A stretch of 64,000 bases of DNA. Origin: Amphiscolops sp. MND2022 (taxonomy: Eukaryota). This document shows, in pieces, positions 63,246 to 64,000 of the stretch. The stretch's first letter is position 1. The number at the start of each line of letters is the position of its first letter. Under the pieces are notes generated by a model, which was given only the letters and a program-made list of their open reading frames with translations, was not told the DNA's origin and ran no database searches. Location: NCBI GenBank assembly GCA_964187785.1, contig OZ076409.1, forward strand, positions 27,158,001-27,222,000, written 5' to 3'. The translations under genes and the position numbers were made by a program.

Positions 63246-64000
63246 CTGTTTAGCGTTGCAATGTAAACAAGATATAAGTCACATTAGAATCACAGCTTCA
63301 AGGCTTCAATAACCAATAAAAGGAAATTTTGAGGTAGCGGATAGTACGTTGCTAAAATATTTCTGAAAAGCGTTTCGGACCGAATTCAATTCCCGGAACA
63401 GGCTAGTATTCGATAACTCCAAAATAATCCTAATTTCAAAACGTTTGAATGTTTATATTTTTGGTCAAGATATGTTGGTCTCTTAACCTAGAAAAGGTCA
63501 GAAGTTCTTGCCAGAGTTGTTTACTAATTCTTTCTTGTACGTTTCGATGATTTTTTTCAGTTTCACCATGTCCATGCAGTTCATTTGATACATTATTTTG
63601 CTCCGATTTATGATGAAAGAAATGACAGCAATATTATATTACTGAAGATTTAGACAGTCATTTGAATACCAAATACAATTCCAAATATTTATTTTGTATT
63701 CTTCCCATTTCTAAAACAAGACGCCCGCAGACCAGCGGGATATTTTCCGCCCCAAATCTCTTCGAAAAAGACTACTGGACAACAAATTTGTTCCTTGTTG
63801 ACTCTTTTCAACATTCCAATCTACGAAGTCTGTCGAAAATTTGACAAAAATTGCATAAAAAAACTTTGAAAATTGGAAAATTTTGGGTTTTTTGTCATTT
63901 TCGGTTTCAATTTGATATATTTTTCATTTAGAAAACAGTCATTATCTCTTCGGAAAAGCATACTGGACAACGAATTCCTGCCATTCCTGTCACGTTAAGC

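Overview
This is eukaryotic, repeat-rich invertebrate animal DNA; the species cannot be determined from the sequence alone. The main host gene is a Shaw/Kv3-like voltage-gated K+ channel on the + strand (23549-62288, 9 coding exons, ~600 aa, all exon phases consistent). Its intron 2 holds a complete but decayed Ty3/Gypsy element (25678-31547) inserted inside a Helentron-like repeat. Its 19.5-kb intron 3 holds two antisense AGXT2-like aminotransferase paralogues with intronless CDSs and a second decayed Gypsy element. Upstream is a candidate 92-aa single-pass membrane protein gene. The first 10 kb look like the 3' end of a very large LTR retrotransposon. It has a ~2.2-kb LTR ending in a gag-like ORF start, preceded by an antisense, spliced ~1,090-codon cargo gene with a BED-like zinc finger and hAT-transposase-like traits. 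Two more solo-LTR-like elements share the gag-start-inside-LTR layout. Many DINE-1/Helentron-like repeats, MITEs, tRNA-headed repeats and long palindromes fill the rest. All calls were made by eye, with no database searches.
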